The notes beneath the pieces are model-generated. The model did no database searches and was not told where the DNA came from. It saw only the letters and a list, made by a program, of their open reading frames with translations. The translations under genes were made by a program, and so were the position numbers. Positions 29,030 through 38,139 of a DNA stretch of 64,000 nt are shown piece after piece (the stretch's first letter is position 1; each line of letters starts with the position of its first letter). Origin of the DNA: Oscillospiraceae bacterium (lineage in GTDB: Bacteria; Bacillota; Clostridia; UBA1212; UBA1255); assembly GCA_015069185.1 (NCBI GenBank), contig SVJB01000004.1, forward strand, positions 58,853 through 122,852, given 5' to 3'.

Positions 29030-30022
29030 ATGAGTAAAAAAAGAATTTTTAGTGGTATACAGCCTTCGGGCAATTTGACAATCGGCAATTATTTGGGAGC
29101 CTTAAAGCGTTTTCCTGAACTTCAGGATGAATATGAGTGTATTTATTGTGTGGTTGATTTGCATACGCTTACTGTACGCCAGGATCCTGTTGCCCTCCGT
29201 GAACGTTCATATGCGCTTCTTGCTTTATATATGGCTTGCGGTTTGGATCCGGAAAAGACAACTTTGTTCTTACAATCTCATGTATCCGGTCATGCTGAAT
29301 TAGCGTGGATTCTTAACTGCTACACTTATATGGGTGAATTAAGCCGTATGACCCAGTTTAAAGATAAGTCACAAAAACACGCTGATAATATCAATGCGGG
29401 ACTGTTTACTTATCCTGTGTTAATGGCAGCAGATATCTTGCTTTATCAGACTGATGTAGTGCCGATTGGCCAGGATCAGAAGCAGCATCTTGAGATTGCT
29501 CGTGATATTGCTATCCGTTTTAATAAGCTTTATGGCGACACTTTTGTTGTTCCTGAGGCATATATAGCAAAGCAAGGCGCAAAGATTATGAGCTTGCAGG
29601 AACCGGACAAGAAAATGTCCAAATCAGATACTAATGTGAATAATTTCGTTCTTCTCATAGAGGAACGCGACGCGATTATCAAGAAATTTAAGCGCGCTGT
29701 TACGGATTCCGGTAGTGAAGTCCGCTTTGATCCGGATGAGAAGCCCGGTATTAGCAATTTGCTTAGTATTTATGCAGCTACTCGTGGTATTACTATTGAT
29801 GAGGCACAGGCAGAGTTTGCTGGCTCACGTTACGGCGATTTTAAAATTGCTGTTGGTACAGCTGTGGCAGATATGTTGGCGCCTATTCAGGCCCGCTATA
29901 AGGAAATATTAGCTGATAAGTCTTACCTGGACCGCGTACTTCATGCAAATGCGGAGCGCGCCTCTGCTATTGCTGAGGTCACCTACCGCGACGTCCGCCG
30001 CAAAGTTGGCTTTATCGTCTGA
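29030..30022 (+). CDS. trpS: Tryptophan--tRNA ligase
   Basis: MSKKRIFSGIQPSGNLTIGNYLGA (HIGH-like region) and the KMSKS motif (KMSKSD), at 330 aa. It starts 13 nt after the permease, leaving no room for a T-box leader. Confidence 0.95.
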   Translation: MSKKRIFSGIQPSGNLTIGNYLGALKRFPELQDEYECIYCVVDLHTLTVRQDPVALRERSYALLALYMACGLDPEKTTLFLQSHVSGHAELAWILNCYTYMGELSRMTQFKDKSQKHADNINAGLFTYPVLMAADILLYQTDVVPIGQDQKQHLEIARDIAIRFNKLYGDTFVVPEAYIAKQGAKIMSLQEPDKKMSKSDTNVNNFVLLIEERDAIIKKFKRAVTDSGSEVRFDPDEKPGISNLLSIYAATRGITIDEAQAEFAGSRYGDFKIAVGTAVADMLAPIQARYKEILADKSYLDRVLHANAERASAIAEVTYRDVRRKVGFIV

Positions 30023-30087
30023 TTTTTTTTTTGAACTGCAGCTTTTGTTAATAGACTGCTGCTTTGTTAACAAAATATTGTCTTGTT

Positions 30088-30132
30088 ACCGCCAGAGGAA
30101 GATTGAGGCAACCTCCGGCGGTGTTTTTATGT
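30088..30132 (+). terminator. Rho-independent terminator after trpS
   Basis: CCGCCAGAGG-loop-CCTCCGGCGG followed by TGTTTTT. Confidence 0.65.
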
Positions 30133-30295
30133 CACAGTATACTGCCAGACGTGTTGTTTTTCCAACAACTCAGAATCCTATTCACAAAACTTACATAAAT
30201 CAAGGCGGCTAATATACGCACACTCATAAATAACTCTTGTTTTTTTCAATAATATTGTCTCGCGTGAAAAAAATTGCCTGACTTCAACATGTCGA

Positions 30296-30336
30296 GGTAG
30301 TAAAACAGACAAAATATGGCAATAATAAGACATAGT
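30296..30336 (-). terminator. Probable terminator for the orphan minus-strand gene
   Basis: GGCAATAATAAG-loop-CTTACTTATTGCC is an imperfect 12-bp stem. On the minus strand it is followed by a T-rich tract just after the stop codon. Confidence 0.5.
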
Positions 30337-30346
30337 AAATCAGGCC

Positions 30347-31489
30347 TTACTTATTGCCTTTTTTCAAAATTTTATTAACAAAAGACCGATTAGACGAAGA
30401 CTTATATTTGTGCTTCTTAGTGATATACTTTGATGAGCTATCTATGATAGATTTAGACAGGGAAGCAGGTAAACTCCAGTTTCCTATGTTATCAAGCCTG
30501 ATAATACCTGGGAGCATACTAATATTCTTTTCCTGAAGTAGACTGCGTCCGGATGCAATTTGCTTCAAAGCATGCAGCGCCGGTTTCATGTGAATAGCAC
30601 TGGAATCTCCTGAACAAAAGGCGATAAAATTATGTCCGGGTACGATGCCACAACGCAAATACGCTTCCATTTTCTTGCAAGCATCTTTGAAGTATGCAGG
30701 ATCATTCATCATGCCAAAATACTCAATATAATATGTTTTGCCGGCGCAGTTACACTTAAAATCCGGGTAGAAAACTTTTGGCGGCAAATCAACCATCCCA
30801 AATTCCGATGCTAAATTTTCAGTAGTAATGGTATCCTCAATTTCCAGACGAGTCTCGTACTGCGGCGTTAGACCGCACTGCAAGAAAGCATCATGCAATA
30901 ACAGTTCTCCGCGCGACATAAATCTCTCATTAGATCCATCCAAACACTTATATTTATCAGGTGAGAAGGATAATCTGTACTTATCATGCCACTTACGACA
31001 AGATAAAGCTCTATCTAACTCTTTGACGGCGTTGATTTCTTCTTCGTTTAGATCCGGAATATCATCAGGATGGTGATTGAAAGAAGACAGAATAAACCTA
31101 CGTGTGTTATTAACCAGCTCTGTGATGTATTTAAGAGATTCAGACAAATATCTGTATAAAACAGCATCGCGCTTTGTTTCGGCATATTCTTTATTAGTAA
31201 GGAAACGCGTGGCATGGTGCACTTTCTCGCACCCATTTTTATCTATCCATTTCTTAGAAATCCTAAGATAATGTTGATTGTATTCGTATATCCTGGGACT
31301 ACAGCCATCCTTGGGTGTGTACTTAACACGTTTCTTGTAAAATCGGATCTGCCCCGGATCAACCATGTGCGCCAGTCTCTGTTGTAATTGGTACTTTTTC
31401 TTACTAGCAGATAGAAGCTGTGTTCGCAAAATTGCGTACACATCAATTATTTCATTATCCGCAACAGGTAAATCACAAAAAATCGCCAT
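30347..31489 (-). CDS. Hypothetical protein, 380 aa; the C-terminal half carries a candidate PD-(D/E)xK nuclease core
   Basis: A long uninterrupted ORF on the strand opposite to all its neighbours. The motifs SRGELLLHDAF (helix Glu), FGMVDL (Asp) and YPDFK (DxK) occur in the order and spacing of restriction-endonuclease-like folds. The N-terminal half is Cys/His-rich (DGCSP ... NGCEKVHH). I recognise no family with confidence. Confidence 0.45.
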   Translation of the reverse strand: MAIFCDLPVADNEIIDVYAILRTQLLSASKKKYQLQQRLAHMVDPGQIRFYKKRVKYTPKDGCSPRIYEYNQHYLRISKKWIDKNGCEKVHHATRFLTNKEYAETKRDAVLYRYLSESLKYITELVNNTRRFILSSFNHHPDDIPDLNEEEINAVKELDRALSCRKWHDKYRLSFSPDKYKCLDGSNERFMSRGELLLHDAFLQCGLTPQYETRLEIEDTITTENLASEFGMVDLPPKVFYPDFKCNCAGKTYYIEYFGMMNDPAYFKDACKKMEAYLRCGIVPGHNFIAFCSGDSSAIHMKPALHALKQIASGRSLLQEKNISMLPGIIRLDNIGNWSLPASLSKSIIDSSSKYITKKHKYKSSSNRSFVNKILKKGNK

Positions 31490-31690
31490 GTAGACATTGT
31501 AAACCCAAGGTGAAAAAATATCTATTATTTTCTAAAAATGTTTCAAATAATGAATAAAAGAAAATATTATACAGTTTACCAGTGGCATAAATGTAAATAT
31601 ACAGACTTCTTATGAATAATCAGGCATAGTATTATTTCCCGGAAATGGGAAGCGCCGGCGGGAAAAACTACCATATTTTTCTTCTTAGAC

Positions 31691-31724
31691 TAAATGCAAC
31701 ATCTAAATTACATTGTTGCATTTA
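31691..31724. promoter_or_regulatory. Perfect 11-bp inverted repeat TAAATGCAACA-N12-TGTTGCATTTA; candidate operator
   Basis: Seen directly in the sequence. It lies ~40 nt upstream of the putative -35 of the DUF1846 gene, between two divergent genes. It is not followed by a T-tract on either strand, so it is unlikely to be a terminator. Confidence 0.5.
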
Positions 31725-31736
31725 CTTTGAGAATTT

Positions 31737-31806
31737 ACTTGACATTTTATTCCGCATAAATAATACTTTTTCTCATTGTAATTTTCTCCCTATCGTGCTA
31801 ATATAT
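31737..31806 (+). promoter_or_regulatory. Putative sigma-A promoter(s) for the DUF1846 gene
   Basis: TTGACA (31737-31742) -N18- TAATAC, and/or TTGTAA -N18- TGcTAATAT (an extended -10 at 31797-31805). The ATG lies ~60 nt downstream. Confidence 0.45.
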
Positions 31807-31863
31807 GAAGACGTGGGTCGGATACCTTACATTATGACTATATAAAGAACAGGACTTCATCGT

Positions 31864-33348
31864 ATGCAAACAGGATTCGATAATAATAAGTATTTACAAA
31901 AGCAGACTGAGCAAATAAAGAAAAGAATTGAAAGGTTTGGAGACAAGCTTTATCTTGAATTCGGCGGCAAAATGTTCGACGATTTTCACGCAGCAAGGGT
32001 ATTGCCCGGATTTGCAGCTGACGGCAAGATAAGACTCCTTTGTGAGTTCAAGGACATTTGTGAGATTCTGTTTTGCATAAATGCAACTGATATAGAGAAG
32101 AACAAGATCAGAGCGGACCTTGGTCTTACATATGATTTAGAGCTTCTTAGACTTATTGATTCTATGAGAGAGCTAGATCTTAAAATTGATAATGTTGTTA
32201 TTACGCAATACAACGGTCAGACAGCAGTTGACAAATTCAGGAATAAACTGGAAAGACGTGGTATCCATACATATCTGCATTATCCAATAAAAGGGTATCC
32301 AACAAACGTAGATCTCGTTGTTAGTGATGACGGTTACGGAAAGAACGAATTTGTACCTACAACAAGACCTCTTGTTGTAGTAACCGCTCCCGGACCATGC
32401 AGTGGTAAAATGGCAACCTGTCTATCACAACTCTATCATGAGAATAAAAGGGGAGTCAAAGCAGGTTACGCTAAGTTTGAAACATTTCCCATCTGGAATA
32501 TTCCGCTCAAGCATCCTGTTAATCTTGCGTATGAGGCTGCAACAGCAGACCTGAACGACGTAAACATGATCGATCCATACCACCTGGAGTCGTACGGCGA
32601 GCTTACTGTAAACTACAACAGAGATATAGAAGTTTTCCCTGTGGTAAAGACAATTCTCAATAAGATTTTAGGGGAAGATGTTTATAAATCTCCTACTGAT
32701 ATGGGCGTTAACATGGCAGGTTATGCAATTGCTGACAATGATAAAGTATGCAAAGCAGCCAATGAAGAAATAATCAGAAGATACTACAGAATAAAAGCAG
32801 ATTATGTACAGGGGTTAGTTGATAATGATACTGTTGATAAGATCAGTATCATAATGCAACAAGCCGGCCTTATGCCTGAAGACCGTAGTGTAGTCAAGGC
32901 AGCTCTTGATAAACGCAAGCAAAGCGGGAAACAAGCAATTGCGATACAGTTGCAAGATGGTACTATGGTAACAGGTCGTGACACAGATTTGATGGTGGCC
33001 TCAGCTAGCTGCGTGCTTAATGCACTAAAGAAACTGGCAAACATGCCAGATGAGCTGCTTCTCATATCTCCGGAGGTGCTTACACCGATAATTGCACTCA
33101 AAGAGTCTCTTAACGGCAAGAAAGATCTGGTGCTTGACATTGACGAGATTCTCATTGCGCTCAGCATATGTGCCGCGACAGATGAGAATGCAGCAAAGGC
33201 CCTCAGTCAGATAGACAAGCTTAAGAATCTTGAGGCTCACTCAACAACTATTCTGCCTACAAATGACGAGCAGATTCTCAAAAAAATAGGACTCAACCTT
33301 ACTGTCGAGCCCTGCTTTGCTACCAATTTCTTATATAACGGAAATTAA
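31864..33348 (+). CDS. UPF0371/DUF1846-family protein of unknown function
   Basis: A 494-aa protein beginning MQTGFDNNKYLQKQTEQIKKRIERFGDKLYLEFGGKMFDDFHAARVLPGF, which is characteristic of the Firmicute UPF0371 family. No function is assigned. Confidence 0.6.
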   Translation: MQTGFDNNKYLQKQTEQIKKRIERFGDKLYLEFGGKMFDDFHAARVLPGFAADGKIRLLCEFKDICEILFCINATDIEKNKIRADLGLTYDLELLRLIDSMRELDLKIDNVVITQYNGQTAVDKFRNKLERRGIHTYLHYPIKGYPTNVDLVVSDDGYGKNEFVPTTRPLVVVTAPGPCSGKMATCLSQLYHENKRGVKAGYAKFETFPIWNIPLKHPVNLAYEAATADLNDVNMIDPYHLESYGELTVNYNRDIEVFPVVKTILNKILGEDVYKSPTDMGVNMAGYAIADNDKVCKAANEEIIRRYYRIKADYVQGLVDNDTVDKISIIMQQAGLMPEDRSVVKAALDKRKQSGKQAIAIQLQDGTMVTGRDTDLMVASASCVLNALKKLANMPDELLLISPEVLTPIIALKESLNGKKDLVLDIDEILIALSICAATDENAAKALSQIDKLKNLEAHSTTILPTNDEQILKKIGLNLTVEPCFATNFLYNGN

Positions 33349-34475
33349 TCAAATAATAAATTATATAAATAATCTTGTAAACGAGAGGCTACATCAGGTT
33401 GGTACGCCTCTTTTGTTATTTCGTTGTTGGATATAACCCTAATGCCTGCGCATGGCACACCAAAATGCTTGCATACTTCATATACACCGGCGCACTCCAT
33501 CTCTTCCGCAATTTCACCGTACATATTACGCAGTCGATTGATTTGATTCTCATTTCTGCTGAACAAATCGCCACTACCAAGTATTCCTGTGAAAATCCTG
33601 ATGCCATCTCCTCCTGTTGACAGCCTTTTCACCAGGTCCTTGTCTCCATCAAAGAATTTAAATTGGTTATCAAGAGGAATCTCTGCGTCATCGCTGCCAA
33701 AATTAATATTTATATTCACACTTTTCTCTGCAACAACGAAATCTCCTACATGCATTTCAGGTAAGTGAGCTCCGGCTGTACCCTGATTAATAATATATGA
33801 CGGGTGAAAATGATTAATGGCAATAGTAGTTGCGATAGTGGCATTTGTCATGCCAATACCTGTCAGACTGATGACCAGTCCATCAGAAACATAAAAAACA
33901 AAGTCATTAATAACTACTTTCTTAAAGTCATTACGTTTCTTAAGCAAATCTGCGATCTCAACCATCATGGCGCCCTGTATCAACACAAGTGGACGATAAG
34001 AAAGCTTCGCCACAGACCAATTCTCCATAACAACACGCATTTTATTCGCTAATTTACACGCGCCATATAGATCGTGTGCCAGATAGTTACCGCATTCTAT
34101 GCGACTGTTTCCGGGAATATATGAGTGATCGTACGAATGACCGCCTGACAGGGCAACAAAATCAAGGGCATCACGGACAAGAGTAATCGCATCCTCATAA
34201 GACACAGTATTTCTCAATAACAGGTAGAATCCGGTCATGCAGCCCATAGGGCCAAAGTATACAACTTCAGAACCAAACTGACTGTTTCTAACAAATGTAG
34301 CAAATAAATGCTCTATTGTATGAGCTGCCTCCACACTCATGAAAGGGGGCGTATTAGGCTTGATAAAACGTAAATCGTATGTCACTACATCGCCGTCAAT
34401 ACGAGAAATATACATACCGGGCACCAGTACATCATGATTAACATCAAAGCTGGCGATACGTCTTAGCTCCTTCAT
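33345..34475 (-). CDS. luxS-mtnN: Fusion protein: S-ribosylhomocysteine lyase (LuxS, N-terminal) joined to 5'-methylthioadenosine/S-adenosylhomocysteine nucleosidase (MtnN/Pfs, C-terminal)
   Basis: Residues 1-~150 carry the LuxS motifs [21 protein letters not shown] (metal His) and [10 protein letters not shown]. Residues ~160-376 carry the Pfs motifs [45 protein letters not shown] and [26 protein letters not shown]. The reading frame is single and uninterrupted. Confidence 0.85.
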   Translation of the reverse strand: MKELRRIASFDVNHDVLVPGMYISRIDGDVVTYDLRFIKPNTPPFMSVEAAHTIEHLFATFVRNSQFGSEVVYFGPMGCMTGFYLLLRNTVSYEDAITLVRDALDFVALSGGHSYDHSYIPGNSRIECGNYLAHDLYGACKLANKMRVVMENWSVAKLSYRPLVLIQGAMMVEIADLLKKRNDFKKVVINDFVFYVSDGLVISLTGIGMTNATIATTIAINHFHPSYIINQGTAGAHLPEMHVGDFVVAEKSVNININFGSDDAEIPLDNQFKFFDGDKDLVKRLSTGGDGIRIFTGILGSGDLFSRNENQINRLRNMYGEIAEEMECAGVYEVCKHFGVPCAGIRVISNNEITKEAYQPDVASRLQDYLYNLLFD

Positions 34476-35593
34476 CTTAAATCAACAACCTCTTCCCACT
34501 TAAGTCCCATATTTTCCTTGCCGAAATGGCCGTAGTTAGTAGTCTTTGCATATAAAGGTGTACGCAAGTTAAGATACTTAATGATTGAAGCAGGTCTCAT
34601 ATCAAATTTATCAAGAATACGCTTCTCAATCTCACTCTCAGCAATTGTATTTGTGCCAAAAGTTTCAACGCGAACACTAACCGGCTCTGCAACACCGATA
34701 GCATAGCTTATCTGAATCTCGCACTTTGCAGCAAGACCGGAGGCAACTACACTCTTAGCAATATGTCGAGCCATATATGCGCCGCTACGGTCAACTTTCG
34801 TTGGATCCTTACCACTGAAAGCGCCGCCTCCATGACGTCCCATGCCGCCGTATGTATCAACTATGATCTTACGTCCGGTAAGACCTGAGTCAGCACATGG
34901 TCCGCCTAACACAAACCTACCTGTAGGATTTATAAAGAATTTAGTGTTTTCGTCAATTAATTCAGCCGGAAGCACTGCTTTGATAACGTGCTCTAAGATA
35001 TCTTTACGCAAATCCTCGATAGACACGGAGTCTGCGTGCTGTGATGATACAACAACCGCATCAATCCGAAGTGGCTTATTATCTTCTGAATATTCCACTG
35101 TTACCTGGGATTTACCGTCAGGACGCAGATAGGGGAGCGTACCATCTCGTCTCACCTGTGTCAATTTATATGCCAGTTTGTGGGCAAGACTGATAGGAAG
35201 AGGCATCAGCTCCGGCGTCTCATCGCATGCGTAGCCAAACATCATTCCCTGATCTCCGGCACCTTCAATATCAACGCCCATTGCAATATCAGGTGACTGC
35301 TCATGTACGCAGTTAAGTACTGCACATGTGTGTCCGTCAAAACCAAGGTCTGATGAATCATATCCAATATCAACAACTGTATCTCGTACTATCTTTTGAA
35401 AATCAACGTATGTAGTAGTTGTGATCTCACCCATAATAAGGATCTGACCTGTAGCAGCAGTTACCTCGCAGGCAACACGTGCCTTAGGGTCATCATTTAT
35501 AATAGCATCCAGAATGCGATCTGCAATAGTATCGCAGATTTTATCGGGATGTCCTTCTGTAACTGATTCTGATGTAAAAAACTTTCTTGACAT
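34472..35593 (-). CDS. metK: S-adenosylmethionine synthase
   Basis: [40 protein letters not shown], and 373 aa length. Confidence 0.95.
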   Translation of the reverse strand: MSRKFFTSESVTEGHPDKICDTIADRILDAIINDDPKARVACEVTAATGQILIMGEITTTTYVDFQKIVRDTVVDIGYDSSDLGFDGHTCAVLNCVHEQSPDIAMGVDIEGAGDQGMMFGYACDETPELMPLPISLAHKLAYKLTQVRRDGTLPYLRPDGKSQVTVEYSEDNKPLRIDAVVVSSQHADSVSIEDLRKDILEHVIKAVLPAELIDENTKFFINPTGRFVLGGPCADSGLTGRKIIVDTYGGMGRHGGGAFSGKDPTKVDRSGAYMARHIAKSVVASGLAAKCEIQISYAIGVAEPVSVRVETFGTNTIAESEIEKRILDKFDMRPASIIKYLNLRTPLYAKTTNYGHFGKENMGLKWEEVVDLR

Positions 35594-35616
35594 TTTCTCT
35601 TCTCCTCAAAATATTC

Positions 35617-36390
35617 TTATATTCTTACAGAAATACCTTTATTTGCCAGGTATTTCTTCAATTCAGGTATACTAAGCTCTTTGAAATGAAACAAAGATGC
35701 CGCCAATACAGCCTCTGCATGTCCATCTACAACAGCGTCATAAAAATGCTCCATGGTGCCGGCACCGCCTGATGCAATTACAGGAATATCGACATTATCA
35801 CTGACAGCTCTTGTTAACTCAATATCATAACCAGCCTTAGTGCCGTCACAATCCATACTTGTCAGCAGTATCTCACCGGCGCCCATCTTGGCACACTCAA
35901 CAGCCCATTTGACAGCGTCAATGCCTGTGTTCACGCGTCCGCCGTTCAGGTAAGCATCGAACCCCACAATCTGCCCTTTATCATTATAACGCCTTTTGGC
36001 ATCAATTGCCACCACAATGCATTGACGTCCAAAACGATAAGCGCCTTCCTGCACCAGAGTAGGATTCTTCAATGCCGCCGAATTAACACCAACCTTATCT
36101 GCACCGGCAAGCAGCGTGTCGCGTATATCATCAACTGTTCTGATACCGCCGCCTACAGTAAATGGCAAGAAAATATTTTCAGCAATTCTTTTCACCATAT
36201 CTAGCTTTGTAGCTCTGGCGTCTGATGAGGCAGTGATATCCAGAAATACCAACTCATCTGCGCCTTGACTGTCATAAGCTTTGGCACATTCAACCGGATC
36301 TCCGGCATCAATCAGATTAACAAAATTCACGCCTTTGACTACTCGGCCGTCCTTGACATCAAGACACGGAATAATTCTCTTTGTATGCAT
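35617..36390 (-). CDS. hisF: Imidazole glycerol phosphate synthase cyclase subunit HisF, isolated copy
   Basis: Near-canonical HisF sequence ([64 protein letters not shown]). I take the start at the internal Met (MHTKR), 26 codons into the tracked ORF. No other his genes are in the window. Confidence 0.85.
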   Translation of the reverse strand: MHTKRIIPCLDVKDGRVVKGVNFVNLIDAGDPVECAKAYDSQGADELVFLDITASSDARATKLDMVKRIAENIFLPFTVGGGIRTVDDIRDTLLAGADKVGVNSAALKNPTLVQEGAYRFGRQCIVVAIDAKRRYNDKGQIVGFDAYLNGGRVNTGIDAVKWAVECAKMGAGEILLTSMDCDGTKAGYDIELTRAVSDNVDIPVIASGGAGTMEHFYDAVVDGHAEAVLAASLFHFKELSIPELKKYLANKGISVRI

Positions 36391-36490
36391 AAAATGCTCC
36401 TTAATCAATATAAAACCCTGTGAAAAAGGGCTTTCAAATATTATACAAAAGAGATATAATAAATGCAATTACGAATAAGGAGAGTTTTTT

Positions 36491-36970
36491 ATGGAAAGCT
36501 TATTGGATTTATTAGATAAACACGGAAATTTAACAATTGAAGAGATGTCAACAATGCTTGGACGTGACGCCGCGGAAATTGCCGCTGAGATTGATGAATA
36601 TAAGAACGCAGGTATTATCGTAGGCAATAAGCTTATAATCAACTGGCAGAAGACAGCAAGAGAGTTTGTTACTGCCCTTATCGAAGTAAAGGTGACTCCT
36701 AAGTTTGGCAGAGGCTTTGACGAGATAGCAGAGAGATTTTATCAGTACGAACAGGTAAAGTCTGTTTACCTTATGTCAGGCGGATACGATATAGCTCTCA
36801 TAATCGAAGGAAAGACACTTACAGAAGTAGCACTGTTTGTGTCACAGAAGCTGGCGCCTATGGATACAGTAATCAGTACAGCCACACACTTTGTACTTAA
36901 GAAATATAAAGAGGACGGAATGTTACTGGAGATTCCTCACAAAGATGAAAGACAGGTGATCTCCTTTTGA
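36491..36970 (+). CDS. Lrp/AsnC-family transcriptional regulator
   Basis: An N-terminal HTH (LTIEEMSTMLGRDAAEIAAEI) and a C-terminal RAM domain, at 159 aa. Confidence 0.85.
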   Translation: MESLLDLLDKHGNLTIEEMSTMLGRDAAEIAAEIDEYKNAGIIVGNKLIINWQKTAREFVTALIEVKVTPKFGRGFDEIAERFYQYEQVKSVYLMSGGYDIALIIEGKTLTEVALFVSQKLAPMDTVISTATHFVLKKYKEDGMLLEIPHKDERQVISF

Positions 36971-38139
36971 GTTTCGATCCTAATAGTTTATTAAATCCTG
37001 TTCTGACCGCTATTAAGCCGTCTGGCATCAGAAAATTATTTGATATTGCAAACAGCATGGAGGGTGTTATATCTCTTGGTATTGGCGAGCCCGATTTCCC
37101 GACTCCTTGGCATATACGTGACGCAGGTATTCGTTCACTGGAAGGTAGCCGCACACAGTATACGTCCAATGCCGGTATGATAGAGTTAAGACGCTCTATA
37201 TCAGAGTATCTGCAACGCAGATTTTCACTGGAATATAACCCGGATAGCAACATATTAGTTACAGTAGGCGGTAGCGAAGCTATCGATCTTTGTATGCGCG
37301 CACTGCTTATACCGGGCGATGAGGTTATTATTCCTTTCCCCAGCTTTGTTTGTTATGCTCCTATAGCAGAACTTTGTGGAGCAAAGGTAGTACCAATTTA
37401 TATGAAAGCTGAGGACAATTTTAAGCTTACTGCTACAGATCTCAAAAATGCAATTACTGACAAAACAAAGCTATTGGTGCTGCCTTTCCCGAACAACCCT
37501 ACAGGTGCTATTATGGACAGACAGGATCTGGAGGCTATCGCAGATGTATTACGTGATACAAATATTGCGGTGCTGTCTGATGAGATATATGCAGAGCTTA
37601 ACTATACAGAGGAAGGTCATGTTTCTATCGCTCAAATAGATGGAATGAAAGAACGTACTATTTTGGCAAACGGCTTTTCAAAGGCATATTCTATGACAGG
37701 ATGGAGAATGGGTTATTTATGTGCTGCGTCAGCTTTTGTGAAACAATTTACGAAACTGCATCAGTATGCAATTATGTGTGCACCAACGACCAGCCAGTAT
37801 GCGGCTATCGAGGCTATTCGCTATGGTGATGAAGATGTGGCAAATATGCGTAAGGAATATAACTATCGTAGACGTTTTATTGTAGATGGTTTTAATAAAT
37901 TAGGTCTTACATGCTTTGAACCGCAAGGTGCATTCTATTGCTTCCCATGTATCAAATCAACAGGCTTGACATCAGATGAATTTTGTCAGAAGCTTCTGTA
38001 TGATAAGAAGGTAGCCTTGGTGCCCGGAACCGCGTTTGGCGATAACGCAGAGGGTTTTATTCGTGTGTCATATGCATATTCTATAGAACATATAAAAATA
38101 GCGCTTGACAAGATAAAGGAGTGGCTCTCAAATGAATGA
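36967..38139 (+). CDS. Class I/II PLP-dependent aminotransferase (AspC/AlaT-like)
   Basis: LGIGEPDFPTP near the N-terminus, the SKAYSMTGWRMGY motif around the PLP lysine, and 390 aa. It has a TTG start overlapping the lrp stop. Confidence 0.85.
   Translation: MSFDPNSLLNPVLTAIKPSGIRKLFDIANSMEGVISLGIGEPDFPTPWHIRDAGIRSLEGSRTQYTSNAGMIELRRSISEYLQRRFSLEYNPDSNILVTVGGSEAIDLCMRALLIPGDEVIIPFPSFVCYAPIAELCGAKVVPIYMKAEDNFKLTATDLKNAITDKTKLLVLPFPNNPTGAIMDRQDLEAIADVLRDTNIAVLSDEIYAELNYTEEGHVSIAQIDGMKERTILANGFSKAYSMTGWRMGYLCAASAFVKQFTKLHQYAIMCAPTTSQYAAIEAIRYGDEDVANMRKEYNYRRRFIVDGFNKLGLTCFEPQGAFYCFPCIKSTGLTSDEFCQKLLYDKKVALVPGTAFGDNAEGFIRVSYAYSIEHIKIALDKIKEWLSNE

Noticed and set aside
30347-31489. Considered whether the orphan minus-strand gene is an IS element transposase (sizes match IS4/IS110/TnpB)
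   Set aside because: No terminal inverted repeats or target-site duplications flank it. The protein has no DDE/DEDD spacing or RuvC-like motifs. Its acidic/lysine motifs fit a PD-(D/E)xK core better.
31645-31845. 66-aa ORF in the DUF1846 upstream region
   Set aside because: It overlaps the palindrome and the putative promoter. It has no RBS and an implausible composition. The region is better explained as regulatory DNA.
35594-36490. S-box (SAM-I) riboswitch controlling metK
   Set aside because: metK follows hisF after 23 nt. The ~100-nt leader upstream of hisF, read on the minus strand, lacks the SAM-I conserved core and kink-turn features.
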